DNA of 64,000 bases from Rhodosorus marinus CCMP1338 (lineage: Eukaryota; Plantae; Rhodophyta). The notes below the pieces were generated by a model. It saw nothing but the letters and a program-made list of their open reading frames with translations, made no database searches and had not been told where the DNA came from. Shown here in pieces: positions 1-12,251 of this stretch (the first letter of the stretch is position 1; the number at the start of each line of letters is the position of its first letter). The position numbers and the translations under genes were made by a program. The stretch is taken from positions 372,001 through 436,000 of the forward strand of contig JAMWBK010000008.1 in NCBI GenBank assembly GCA_029953675.1, given 5' to 3'.

Positions 1-524
1 TTCAGGTAATCCACCACAAAAGGCTTCTGGTGTAGTACAATCTGTCCTCACTGGCCCATCCGTATCGTCCGAACAGGGCCGTACAAATAAGCTTGTGGAC
101 AGCTGCTACTCATTCTGGGTAGGCGCACTATTCGCGATGCTTCGATGGCAGCCTGGTGAGCCGTCGTTGATGGACCCGAGCAGGCTAAACCGATACCTTG
201 TCAACTACTGCCAAGGCGCCAGGGGGGGTATGCGTGACAAGCCAGGAGTAGTAAGTTGCACCAATCTCAACAAGCATCTTTTGCTAATGTATCCCCTCAC
301 CAGTTAGCGCGTGTCTATATTCGTGCCAAAAGAGACCAGACTACTACCATACATGCTATGCTTTGAGTGGACTGTCTATAGCTCAACAAGCGATGTGTGA
401 GGAGGGTGAGGATGTACCTTCTGACTTGCGTTTGAAACTTATTGATCCAGTTTACAACCTGCACACTAGACGGCGTGAACGCGTGTATAGATACTTTCAC
501 GGCCGACCATTTTTACCGGAATAA
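1..524 (+). CDS. FNTB: Protein farnesyltransferase beta subunit, 3' part (introns ~6-76 and ~251-332)
   Basis: Spliced translation (F)Q-GRTNKLVDSCYSFWVG...YCQGARGGMRDKPGV-RPDYYHTCYALSGLSIAQ...IDPVYNL...FLPE*. These are FTase-beta motifs, and both introns have GT-AG boundaries. Confidence 0.9.
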
Positions 525-597
525 TACGGACGATAGTTTGTACAAAAATCTAAAACGCGAGAGGTCTCCGCAGAAAGACAAAACGCCGGAGGCATTT

Positions 598-1554
598 CTA
601 CATCTTCGACAGCTTCTGAGCATAGGCCTGAATCGTCTTCCTTACGGTCGGATCGCCAGTGATCTCCCACGTTCGTCTGGCTTCGTCGTACGCCTCGGAC
701 TCCCATCTCAACGAAAAAGACTGGCGCAATGCGGACTTTGTAAGCTCACCGCCGATGCCGATGCCGTACGAAGTTTGCAAGATCTTGCTCATGACATCTT
801 GCGCCCGGGATAGGACGCAGCCTCCTTCTTGTGTAGAAACGATATCGTGAACCAAGCCGAGCTCTCTTGCCCGATCGGCTCTCAACATCTCACCAGTTAG
901 CAGCAATGATTCACCTTTCCCCTTGCCAGCGATTTCACAGAACAGCCTGGCCCAGTTGGTCGGGACCTAAGGAATCCATTGGAGCTGCTGTCAGCGCGGC
1001 TGCAAGAGTGACCCGGTCAACAGGTCATAGGAAGAAGTCTGGAATGCTTACTGGTATTCCTATTCTAGTTTCGTTCAGACCAATGGATCCATCGCTGGTT
1101 AGAATACGATAATCACAACATAGGGCTAGTGCACATCCACCAGCTGGGCATTGTCCTTTCACAGCCGCGATTGTAAACAGGCGTGATCGATAAACCTTTG
1201 CGAGAAACGTCGTCAGAGTGACCCAAAACCTATCCGAATTGAGTGACATTTGCTTAGTATAAGAGGCTGAAACCTATTACCGAAACAAAGCAACTGCTTA
1301 GGCGATCCTTACTTTGTCAACCTCTCCTCGTCTGTTTTCTCGCGAGTCAACTCCCTCAAATCAATTCCGGCAGTAAACACGTTCTTCTTCAACCCAGAGG
1401 CAAATATAGCTCCCCGAAAGCTCTCATCACCTTCGACTTCCTCCAGAGCGTCCAGCAGATCACTCCAAAGCTCAAGACTCATGGCATTCACAGGTGGGCG
1501 ATTAATAGATATCACGGCGAATCCGTTTCTTCTGTCAACACTAACCATACCCAT
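598..1554 (-). CDS. Delta3,Delta2-enoyl-CoA isomerase / crotonase-fold protein, probably peroxisomal (3 exons; start may extend to 1632)
   Basis: INRPPVNAMSLELW, FTAGIDLREL, AAVKGQCPAGGCALALCCDYR and IGLNETRIGIP motifs. Introns at ~1312-1230 and ~1051-966. C-terminus is SKM*, a PTS1-like tripeptide. Confidence 0.88.
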
Positions 1555-2397
1555 CCCTTCCAAACTGCAGAAAAGGCAACCGCACAAACACACAAACTTT
1601 TCGACAGAAATTGCCAAAGCGCCAATCTTCATAAATTAGAACCAAAAACTTCTATCTGACTCTCAGTCATACAGTCTTCCACTTGTACAGTCGTCGTCGC
1701 CATGAAATCGCTCTCCAGCCAACATCGACTACTATCCATCGACCATCCCAAAGCGAATCCATCTCAAAACAACGAGATATTTTTGATTCCCAATAACACC
1801 TATTTATCATTCAAAATCAAATATTTAGAATTAAAACTAAGAAAATTGATATATTTCTAGTTATATTCAGTAGGTACAAGTCTCTAAAATATTACACTAA
1901 AAGCACAATAGTTGTTTTTGGTTCGTAATTTATTCATAATATACACAAACTAAATAGTGTATTTTGGTTTAATTTAGATGTAATACATATGTGCTGAAGT
2001 AGTGGTTTGGTAGATTCCAGGACCTCAAACAGGGTTCACCGTTGAACCTGGAGCGTCCATAGAGCGTATGGAATTCAAAGGCTTCCTTGAATGGGGACTC
2101 CCAATCCGTCAACACTGTACACGTACGCTTAAAAGGTCCAGAGCCCTTTCCCGAGAGCAACTTTTGCGGCAGGTTTCCGACGCGTCTAGAGGCAGGGCGA
2201 TATCCACGCGCATGTGCAAAGTTTGAGATCGTTGTGAACTCTTTTTCAGCAATTTCTTCGAAGAACAGTTTCATAATCAGTAGTTTAGATATGGTTGTGA
2301 ACAGCAGATCAAACTCGACTATAGGGGATCCATGTCAATCAGCAGAGAACTCCACACAGAATAGAATAGTGTTCTAGCTGTAGCGCCAGCTGCTCTA

Positions 2398-5300
2398 CTA
2401 GGAGGTCAGAGGAAGCTCCAAGATCTGTTCATCAGTGCGTGATGGCGGAACCGATGCAAACGCGGTCATATTAATCCGTTCCCGCACTTCCTCACGCGCC
2501 ATATCGATCTGTTGGGAAAACCAGCGCAAAAGAGAGGAAACGTCCAAGGTCCTGAGCCTCTGATTCTACTATCTTTCGAGCCCGTTGGAAGCTTACCTTG
2601 TAACTGTTTGAAAACGCATTTACACGGTCCGAGAGCTCCGAACAGGCGGAAACAACGCAAGTATCTATTTTCTCACTTCGTTTGCCGACCTCCACAACCT
2701 TAACCTTGACCTCGTTGAGGACGGAAGAAATGTCTTCCCTCATAGCCGTCAGTACCTTATTTGTGCTCTCGCTCGCAGCTTCTCGCTGAGATCCGAGACG
2801 GTCCATAAGATCCTTGTAAGACGCTTCGAAAACTTCGGCGGTTTTGCCTTCGAACTCTACCAGACTGGCAACCTCTTTCTCAGATCCTGATGAAGCATTC
2901 CAGAAGAGGAAGGGTTACGTAGCGACGCCATAGTGTTGATCAGCACATGTGCTAGTAATGTACACGATGAGCTCCAGCTCCAGCTGCATCCAGCTTACCT
3001 TTGACAGCGGATATGATAGCAGCAGAGCAGAGCTTGTTGTCTTTTCGAGCAGCCTCGACCGTTTCCTTTGAGATCTCCGTGTTCTTCTGGACCTCGTCCA
3101 TCATTATCAAGCTCAGCCCAGCCAGGTCTTTGTCCAGTTCATCCTTTCTAGTTGATGCTTCTTGCACTTCCGTCTTTACCGACGCAGCAAGCTTCCCAAA
3201 CCTCGTGATCATTTCAAGACCAGAGTCTTTCGCCATCTTTATGTCTTCTCGAGCTGATCGTGAATGGTTTAAAAGCAACGTGGTTAGTGTAAGGCACTAT
3301 CATCGGGCGTACCAATCCGGTTGGTTGTCAGAAACGCTTGCACTTCTGCTAGAAAATTTCTCGTCCTAATTTGGAATAGAATGGAGTCGGCTGTATTACC
3401 TTTCGCGAGCTCCTTCTCTCCTCCATCAGCAACACTTAGTACGAAAGAGCTTAGGATGGAAACGATGCTCTCAATTACCTCAGTCTCACACGATTTGAGG
3501 TTCCTCGACATAGAGTCTGCAAAGGCTCGATTCTTCAGAACGAGTTCCGCAGTTTTGTCTGAATGCGACGACACCAGGTTGCTCAAATTGTTCGATATCT
3601 AAGTCAAAGTAGCATGATGCGCTCTCTAGTCAGTTCCAATACATCACTTCCCAGTTTCTCCCATTGCAAAGGAATTCCTACCTCTGTCAGGGCGACGCGG
3701 TTAGAGCTGGTCATAGAGGACATCAATTTCTTATTTTCTTCACTGCGCATGATCTGGGTCTGGCTATATTTTCCCATAGAGTCTGCAGTATGCTCAGAAA
3801 ACTGAGCCATTGCACCCTGGAGAGACTGCTGGCTCGCCCGGATCTCCACCAGCCTGGCCTTCAACCCGAGCCATACCTCATCAACGGCAGCTTTCTGCTT
3901 TTCGCTTGCGGTCTGAACTTGATCTAAAACAGTGGAACTGTGTTCCAAAACAGACCTAGAAGTGGACACCACGTCCTCCTCGATCATCCCAACGGAGGAG
4001 ACCACTTGATCTGTATACGCGTTGACGTTTTCCAACGCAGTCCTCCCAGCTAAATCCAATTTGGATAAATTCTCTTCCTGCCTATTCACCAGTTCCTGCA
4101 TATTCTCGTCCCATCCTAGCATTGAGCTGTGCAGCTTCTCAATAAACTCCCCTAGTACCCTGCCATTGATCTCCTGATCCGATTCCTAACAGACGAAGAA
4201 ACAATGAGTGTCAGCAGAAAACTCCTAAAAGTTCTAGTATTCCTTAAATAACGACTACGAATCGATAGTTGATAAAATTACGCAAGACGAATATTTCCCG
4301 CGTACAAGCGTTAATATTGATCGAAATCTACCTGATTTTGGAAGAGACGTAGTTCTTGCTTACCATGGCGTCGACTTTGGTATGAAGTGCTTCGAGATGC
4401 TCAAGGGTGGTACTCAAGGTCCGTGTGAGATCTAAAGCTTGGACATGAAGACGGTCTTCAGTGCTTCTGTGGCACTGGAGAAGATGACTCACTTCTTCCA
4501 GCTGGTTTTGAGTGTGGTTCAGGTTGTTCGATGTTGTGGTTAGGACGTTCCGGGTATGATTGAGCTCCTTCTCAGCACTCTTCAGTAATGACCGAGTATC
4601 ACGCAGCTCTGCAAACGTCTCATTGAGCTCTTTCTCGAGCTTTGATACGATGTCTTCCTTATCCAAGAGCGACTGCTCCTGAATTCCAATCGTCACCTCC
4701 ATTTCCTGCATGGTTGACTTCATCGTGTTGTACTCTTCTAGTGGCAAATAGACCCCATTCTTCTCCCTTGCACAGAGAAGTTCCTTCTCTAACCTCGCCA
4801 TGCGCCTCGTATAGTCAGCCAGTAGCTCCTTTTTAGTCACCATGGAGTTCATTGTTGGACGATTCTTGATGCTCTTCGCGCGGAACGCGTATTCGAGCCT
4901 GAGAACGAAACCCACGAAAGCCATTTAGATGGGATTTCAAAGAAATTATTGCGTTTCTGAGAGAGCTTTGGACAATGCTTACGTCGAAATAGTCTCTTCC
5001 AAAGAGGAAAACGCTGGACCGATAGTCGCAACAATGCAGGTTTTGTTCTTCCCTCCAAGAGACTCTTGAAGCAGCCTGGTGAGCTTCGAGTCCCGATAGG
5101 GAACATACGGCTGGTGTTCAACTAGTGCGTTGATCACTTTCCCAAGAGCTAAAAGGCTCTGGTTAATGTTTCCAGCTTCTCGAGCTCGCTGGCTCACAGC
5201 TCCACTCCTACCGATGTTCTCAGATCCAGCAAGGTCGACGAGATTCAGCTTTCCGACTCTCAGCAACTCATCCCTACAGAGAACGAACAGCACGCATTGT

Positions 5301-6308
5301 TTTGAACACTTTGGATCTCTACATTTTCAACTTCGAAAGGCATAACCTTCTTTGCACTAGCCGGGGAGCTTCTTCTCGTTTACCCATCTGAAGACGTCGA
5401 TTTGGAATGGACGGTAATGGTGAAAATACTGTGAGATCTTGAAGAGTACTTGTTCATCTCCGTCTCTGCTGTAATTCTCTTCTTCGCTGAACGTTGAAGG
5501 ATCTGAAACACCTGACTTTCGTCCTCAACCGTAGTTTCTGCAGCAGGACAATCTCGAAGAGTTCAGCAGATTGGATAGGAATAAGTTTGGAAGAGAAGAA
5601 ACGCACCAGCAAGTCCCAAAACGAAAGTTCCAGTTTTTTCGTCATCGTAGATCCGGAGCTTCTCCGCCTCATCCGAGACACTGAGTAGATCGGTAATGTG
5701 CTCGTTGTAGAGTTCGAGATGGGATACTCGCACAGAGTTTTCCTGGTTTGATCGCCTCAGCCGTGTGAATATCTGTTTCACGGACCTTGGAATAAGTCCC
5801 GCATGTCTGTCATCGCTATGGTTCGAGTTTTTCTCGTCTTTCCCTCCCTCCATCGTATGTGTCTTGCCAGTTCCAGTGGGACCATATGCAAAGATAGTAC
5901 AGTTGAAGCCTTCAAGAACCTGAATTAACCCGTAATCTAGACGTTAGCTGGATCTATTGTTGGCCCCCGAAAGTGAAGCCTCTAGCGGATCGGAAACATG
6001 CCCCGTCGAATTACCTCATCAACTGCCCGGGAGCAGACTGTGTCGTAAACCTGTTTTTGAGTCGAAGTTGGTCCAAAGACATAGTCAAAATTGTAGGTTT
6101 TTTCGCCCGTAGCTGCTGCCGCCTTGCGGACCACTCCGCAGGTCCCAGGGGTCGTAACCTGCCCTGCATTCTCATCGCACTGCACGATGTTAAAGTGGGG
6201 CTCCAGTCGCTCCTTGGCATTCGGTGGACGACAACGAACAGCGACTTGAACGTTCAAGGGACGCTCTCCACCCCTTCCGTTCTTCGCCGACGGCGACCTA
6301 TCCGCCAT
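2398..6308 (-). CDS. KIF11: Kinesin-5 (BimC/Eg5 family) motor, about 11 exons
   Basis: [124 protein letters not shown], then long coiled coil. Exons join through GT-AG introns; C-terminal exon less certain. Confidence 0.93.
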
Positions 6309-7510
6309 CGTTCCCGCTGTGTGTAAACAAGTTTTCCAGGACCCGCTGTGTGCCAACCTAACCCAGCTTCATCAACACCCTCACATTCTCTTCCATCCTC
6401 CCGCAGCCCTTTGTCCATACCTACACAAACTCTATTCTCTCATCTGAACGTATCACTATTTTCGAAATACAGAAGAAAATCGTAAGTCAATCAGCAAAGA
6501 TTTTTTTATTTTGAAATCATAGGAATTTTGACTTCATTTCTGGGATAGAACTTTTTTATTCATAAATATTATCTTCTATATTCCTATAGTTAATAATTTA
6601 TCGGCTACTGAGCATCGGATGCAATTTTCTGTATTATCGATAACCTTTCAAGGGAATCTATTAATGTATTAATAAATAATTGGGGTGTATTTGCTTTGAA
6701 GATTTGAATGTATTTAATATTTATATAAAATGTGTATATGGTACTATTTCTATCGTCAAATATTTGTTTTTGAATAGAGCTTGTAACGTCAAGGAAGCAT
6801 CAATCTTTCCAAGCCTGGGAGAACTTCCTTCCACCCAGCAGCATTCCTCCGCGTAGTTCGGCTGAAAGCTAGACTACACCTAGCCTGGTTTTATTCTAGT
6901 TACGAGAGCGCTTGAAGAGCTTCCGGTGTGTCGCGGAGTGTCAGCAGATTGTATCGCAACACCCTTCGAGGGAGAAAAACCGGGGACCTTCCAGCAAGCT
7001 CATTCCTACTAATTACGATTACGACCCGCTTCCTTGTGGGAGGATCGCATCTTCGTATGGAATGGTAATGAAGTCTCCAGTGGCCAGGCCTTTGAACCTC
7101 CAAAAATGACGTCTTCTGAGTTGCTGAAGTCCTGCCGTCGCGGGAGTTTGGAACTGGTAAGTTTAATAAAGTTTCAATATGCGACGAACTAGCGCTTGCC
7201 ATAGAATGACGCATGGCTACCGTGTAAACAATCATTCCTAGAATCTGAGCCTTCTGCAAAAACTATTAGATAGTGTTTGACAGCCTGTCGAACTCAGAAG
7301 TAACCATGATTCAAAACGTGAAAGCGAGAGCTTGTCATATCGAGACGTATTCATGCGACGTTCTGAATCGACGTGGGCAAATTCTTCCTAAATTCAGCTT
7401 TCACACCACCAAATATTTCCCAGTTTAGGTTAGTATTCTAAATCTATCTTTCCTACATCTTCACTCCCATCTAGCTTCCCCCGAATGAGATGCAGTGGCC
7501 ACAGTACTTG

Positions 7511-7647
7511 TAGTCGGTTGAGCCAAGTTGGTCAGGTTTTTCGCTGTTTACGACCCACGCCCCCCCTTAAACCCCCCTGTTTTCGCGGGTTAAACCACTT
7601 CCGAGTCGTAGACAGCGAAAAACCCGACCCACTTGGCGACAACCCTA
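7511..7647. mobile_element. MITE, copy 1 (long terminal inverted repeats)
   Basis: Left arm tagtcggttgagccaagttggtcaggttttttcgctgtttacgac is an imperfect inverse complement of right arm gtcgtagacagcgaaaaacccgacccacttggcgacaacccta. Second copy at 23651-23804. Confidence 0.85.
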
Positions 7648-7749
7648 CTTGTTGCGCCACCAAAAAGAAAAAAAAGGTCATGAGTCTCGACTAACTTTAG
7701 GTCCGCGCTGGGCTGAGCTCATGAGGGTTGGAGTGTCAGGACACGACCA

Positions 7750-7836
7750 ATCATGATTCAATACCGGAGACGATTGATTATTCTACTAACGTTGATTGAC
7801 TATCAGACGCTTTTTCGGACCAGAAATCGGACACTG
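7750..7836 (-). mobile_element. Terminal/subterminal fragment of the hAT-like family
   Basis: Inverse complement matches the TTCAATCAACG-TA-TCTA-CAATCAATCATC block at 22083-22145 and 29722-29785, and ends in CAGTGTCCGAT on the minus strand. Confidence 0.55.
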
Positions 7837-7931
7837 TTTTTTTTTGAAGCACCTCAATCAGGTGTACCCTCCCAACTCAATAGCTTATATCCACAATAGA
7901 GATTCATCGAACAGTATATGAATGCCCCATA

Positions 7932-7982
7932 TTTTAACGTTCTGGACTCCCTGCAACCCCTTTTAACGTTCTGGACTCCCTG
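7932..7982. repeat. 22-bp direct duplication
   Basis: ttttaacgttctggactccctg at 7932 and 7961. Confidence 0.9.
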
Positions 7983-8459
7983 TCACTAAGCCCTATCAAT
8001 TTGGTCTCGATTCCTCTCACCGTGGTTTAATCCCACACCAGCAACAGGCCGAGCGGGGGCAGCTGAGTGGCTCCTAGAGCGTCAAAATCCAGAAATAGAA
8101 GATAATGGAAATCTTTCAAACGCAGGACGTTCATCAATCAGCGTTTTTCGATTATCATCCATCATCATCAGGTTTATTCAGAGCCTAACTACCCTGAGAA
8201 GCGAGAGGCAAGACGCCCATCCCTGTGACATCCATAAACGGCGCAAGCGAGTCAAAATTCCCGATAAAGAAAAGAAGAGACCCGCATCCGTGTAACAAAA
8301 TCGAATCGACATACCAGGCGTGCCCCCTTCCCCCCCACCCCTTCCCTCAAATAAAGGCCTGACACGATTTGGGAACGTGACGAGTCCTTTTTTCCCTTTC
8401 AGTCCACTCCAAACGTGAACCGTCCCTGAATCTCCAGACCAAGAACATTGCGTTTGGGC

Positions 8460-8532
8460 CTGAGCAGGTGCACACACATCTGCTCAGAGATGTGTACCTT
8501 CACATCGTCGCTTCCACTGTGTGGGTGGAAGC
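8460..8532. other. Three abutting stem-loops (possible structured RNA or element terminus)
   Basis: CTGAGCAGGTG/CATCTGCTCAG (11 bp), GATGTG/CACATC (6 bp) and GCTTCCAC/GTGGAAGC (8 bp), separated by 1 and 3 nt and followed by an A-rich tract. Confidence 0.6.
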
Positions 8533-8816
8533 TGCTTGGAAATAAAAAGAAAACAAATGTGTACAATTTTTGCCCTCGCCCACAAAGTAAACGTCATAAA
8601 AAAATTCCTTCCAATAGAAAACATATCTGTGCCCAGCGATATACAGTATATACAATATAGCTCATTATTTATCTTCATAAATATTCTAATATTTAATTTT
8701 TTTTAACGTAGATGGCGTAGATGATAACGGTCTATATTGCACATAAGAGCAGATGGCAGAAAATAATCTGTTTTCTAGACCAGTGCCTCTTTGCTCCAGT
8801 TCTATTATTGGAAACC

Positions 8817-9077
8817 TTACTACCAGAAGAGGCGGTGGAGACCGGATCGACTGCCGTTCTTAGCTTACTACCAGTATGGTTTGAGACTGGGCATTGCCGT
8901 TCCTGGTTTACTACCAGTAAGATTTGAGAGTGGGCATTGCCGTTTCTGGTTTACTACCAGTAAGGTGGTTTGAGAATGGGCACTGCCGTTTCTGGTTTAC
9001 TACCGGTAAGGTTTCAGACTCGGCGTTGCTATTTCTGGTCTACTGCCGTTAAAGTTTGAGACTGGGCATTGCCGACT
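8817..9077. repeat. 43-bp minisatellite, about 6 diverged units
   Basis: TTACTACC anchors at 8817, 8865, 8908, 8951 and 8997, with a variant at 9040. Unit TTACTACCAGTAAGGTTTGAGACTGGGCATTGCCGTTTCTGGT. Confidence 0.92.
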
Positions 9078-9599
9078 TGTTTCAGAAAAGCCGCAAAAAC
9101 GCTGGATGAGAGTAAATAAGTCGGTGGAAATGATTGTGGATTAAGGTCAAAGAAGGTCCTATCAGCGAGAGCATGTGTCTCCTTGAACCCCTGATCAGAT
9201 ACTCCGGGACTCTTACAGCAGTTTGCAGGTAGTAAACGTACTGGCCTCAGGTGCACTAACGTTTCAAATTACTTTGGAAACAGGAAGGCTGACGCCCAGG
9301 GGTTCGTGGAATACAATAGTTAGGATTATCAGAAGTAAGCTACAGACTCATAGACAACGGGAAACTGCGACCTGGTAGATGTGTGTCTATTAATAGTTTG
9401 TAGTATACGGAGCTCACTCCGGACTCAAGCTGTCAGATTGATCGGCTCAGCAGAGCACGCTTCCTAAAGAAAGCCGTCTCCTGATTCCTATGTGGACTTG
9501 GCTACACGTCGGGAGCCAAAAAGAAGGAAAGATAGTGGTAGTTCCAGAACCCTAAAAAAAATTTGTTTGATTGTGCGTTGCATCTGGGATTGATCCGCT

Positions 9600-9720
9600 G
9601 AAACAGTGGAGAACCGCGTTCTTGCGCTTCGCCCTTCGATATGGTCTTTTTTTTCCCCTCGGGGTTTTTTTTTTCAGCCTCCGATTAAACCATTCGTTCG
9701 ATATGGAAGGGATGAAATTG
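9600..9720 (+). mobile_element. 3'-end fragment of CRE-like non-LTR retrotransposon
   Basis: cttcgccc...tttttttcccctcggggtttttttttcagcctccgattaaaccattcgttcg matches the sequence following the REL domain at 49070-49170 and at 25590-25670. Confidence 0.6.
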
Positions 9721-10011
9721 CTTGGACTACTCTTTTGGCTTTGACACCGCAAACATCCTCCAGGAGTCCATCAGGGGCTAAGGCAGGTTTGTGCACTTGA
9801 TCGGAATGCTTCGCGGCATCCTCACTATCCAGTCAATTTTGTTCTGCGTTCTGCAGCAAGATTGCTAGGTATATAACGATCGAGTTTGAGCTCATCTCCT
9901 GCACCTTGGGGGGTTCGCAAGTTAACAACCAGAGCTGCTAAACTCACTGACCAGGTTTTTATCGAAAGTCGTAAGAAGGCGCGTGGGTATTTTCACTGCT
10001 TGTAGGGAAAA

Positions 10012-11415
10012 ATGGGTGGGGAGTTCATGGATCCGGAGGTTATGGATCCGGAGCACGTGGGGCCGCACAGCGATGTGGACTATGATGCGGAGGAAGCTGT
10101 GGTCAAGGGTTCTAATGAAGATACCGCCGAAGGAGTGAACCAATTTTTGCATGGGCACGCGACCAGGATGAAGCGATCTTCTCCTTACCATACTTACTTG
10201 GCGATTACTGCTCTGACGATCAACTTCGTAATGGTTCCCGGATTTTTTTCCGGCATGGGATGGGCATTGGCTGTCATAGTCCTGTGTTGGGCTTGGAGCC
10301 ATAGTTTTATCACCGGTCTGATGCTGGACAAAGTTTGTGAAGATAAGCCACAAATTCTGAGTTATCCAGACTTGGGCGCGTATGTCGCCGCGAAGCTAAC
10401 CAAGGGGAGCAAGCACGGCCGGCTAGCTGGTTATTGGACAACCTGGGCTGCCCAAGCCCTTGGAACCTACCTCGTCTCGGTGGCGAGCATGGCTTTCTGC
10501 GCCCAATTTTTGCAGGCAATCTTCCCTCAGCCCTGCTACTCATGGTGGATTGTGATTGCTTACGGTGTGACCATCGTCTTAACCCAGATACCCACATTCC
10601 ATGAGACTATCGGAATTAACCTCCTCAGTATGTCTTGTTTCACGGCGCTGTTCATTCTGATACTCGTCAACATGGGCATCACTGGTCCAGTTGAGAATGT
10701 CAGCTACAGCCTCGGGAACGCCGACGCGATCTTAAACGGAATTTCGGGATTTTCCTTCGCCTTTGGAGGCCATTCCGTATTCCTAGAGGCCAGAAGGGAG
10801 ATGAAGCGACCAGAAAAGTTCAAGTATTCGATCTATGGGATGTACGCCACACTCGGATTTTCTATGTCCGTAATAGGGTACACGGGCTACGGCTTGTGGG
10901 GAGATCAAGCACAAATCAACATCTTGTCCAACTTCGACTGGAACGCATCAATCACAGTCGGTAACGTTTTCATGCTGATGGCCTTCTTGGCACCTCTAGT
11001 GATCGGAAACATTCTTACGATGATGTGTATTCAGACGGTCCTGAAGATCCCACTGCTCGGCTGGAGAAAGCCTCAAAAATATGGGATGCCAGCGGGTGTT
11101 ACCCGGACGATCTTCAGGGTGACGCTGGTAACAACAGAATTGATCCTAGCGCTTCTAATCCCGTTCATTAGTGACTTGGTGAGCCTGACGGGGGCTTTGA
11201 GCACAACGTTCCTGACGTTCATGTTCCCATGCATCGCGTACTGGACTATTTTCAACAAGCGAATGACCATTTACGCGAAGCTGGGTTGTGCGCTTCTGAT
11301 CGGCCTTTCGTTTGTTGTCGGTTTTACCGGGCTCTATGCAGCCATTTCCGGGCTTATCAGCAACGCGTCGAAGTTTGCACCATTCCACCTACCCTGCAGC
11401 TACTTGGACTTGTAA
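10012..11415 (+). CDS. AAAP-family (Aa_trans) amino-acid transporter, intronless, 467 aa
   Basis: About 11 hydrophobic segments. SYPDLG, FSFAFGGHSVFLEARREMKRPEKF, GYGLWGD and DLVSLTGALSTTFLTFMFPC motifs. Confidence 0.92.
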   Translation: MGGEFMDPEVMDPEHVGPHSDVDYDAEEAVVKGSNEDTAEGVNQFLHGHATRMKRSSPYHTYLAITALTINFVMVPGFFSGMGWALAVIVLCWAWSHSFITGLMLDKVCEDKPQILSYPDLGAYVAAKLTKGSKHGRLAGYWTTWAAQALGTYLVSVASMAFCAQFLQAIFPQPCYSWWIVIAYGVTIVLTQIPTFHETIGINLLSMSCFTALFILILVNMGITGPVENVSYSLGNADAILNGISGFSFAFGGHSVFLEARREMKRPEKFKYSIYGMYATLGFSMSVIGYTGYGLWGDQAQINILSNFDWNASITVGNVFMLMAFLAPLVIGNILTMMCIQTVLKIPLLGWRKPQKYGMPAGVTRTIFRVTLVTTELILALLIPFISDLVSLTGALSTTFLTFMFPCIAYWTIFNKRMTIYAKLGCALLIGLSFVVGFTGLYAAISGLISNASKFAPFHLPCSYLDL

Positions 11416-12251
11416 CCCAACTTTGACTATGTTATTTAGGACCAGACTGGTTCTTGAGCGAAGAATGTTTTAAAATAATAGGAATATCTGAATCCACTGC
11501 CTCACCAGACAAATCCGACCGTCCAGAAACACTCACACACATGAACTCGAACAGGAGGACTCAAGTCAACGTCCGCGCCTAGGCGTCGGGCTATGGCTGT
11601 TCAGCTTGAGGCCCTACAGTGCACATGCTCCATTCGCTTTCGGTCCTCGTACGTAGTTTGCACAACGCTCTGGGTAGCCCTGAAGGCATCCGTTTGCAAA
11701 GGCACCGCCACAAGCTGTCCCGCGGTGGAGTAGCGCGGGGGGGGGGGGTTGGGGATGGTGTAGATCTCCTGCCAGGAGTAGCTTGAGTGACTTGCAACAT
11801 TAGCTCCCGAAAAAACAAAAGCGTAGCCAAAACCCTTCTTGAAAACTTCCTCAGTGGGGCGAAAAGGGGGCTTTTCTTCGCACTACTCCCAGCTCAAGCA
11901 CAATGTCTTGAGTTTTTTAAAAGCACTGGCGACACCTTCAGGTACCTACGTGGGCTCTCCATTAAGGCCTGTGACCAGAACTGGACGCACTGGAGTTTTT
12001 CTGGGAAGGATAGCCCCGGGTGAGGCTGGTAGATAGACATCCTCTGTCCTTGAAACCTTACGGTTTTACGGACACTCTAACCTCGTCCGCCACTAGAGCT
12101 TTTCTTTATCAATAGTCTGCTTTTCTTTTGTGTTTCTCGTTCGGGTTGATTTCCTGACCTTCAAACTCTTTCCAAGTCAACCCAAACCCAACCTCGTTCC
12201 CGGGGGGTGTGTGTGGTTTGGGAGTGTACCGCTGCCACTTTTGAAGATAAT

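Noticed and set aside
1969-2377. Overlapping 96-101-aa ORFs 3' of kinesin-5
   Set aside because: No recognisable motif or splice connection; probably UTR or intergenic.
8817-9077. CRISPR-like appearance of the 43-bp array
   Set aside because: Units are contiguous with no unique spacers, no cas genes are present, and the context is eukaryotic.
11600-12040. DTFRYLRGL and GLFF resemble non-LTR RT motifs
   Set aside because: Too short and degenerate; no YxDD or other supporting motif.
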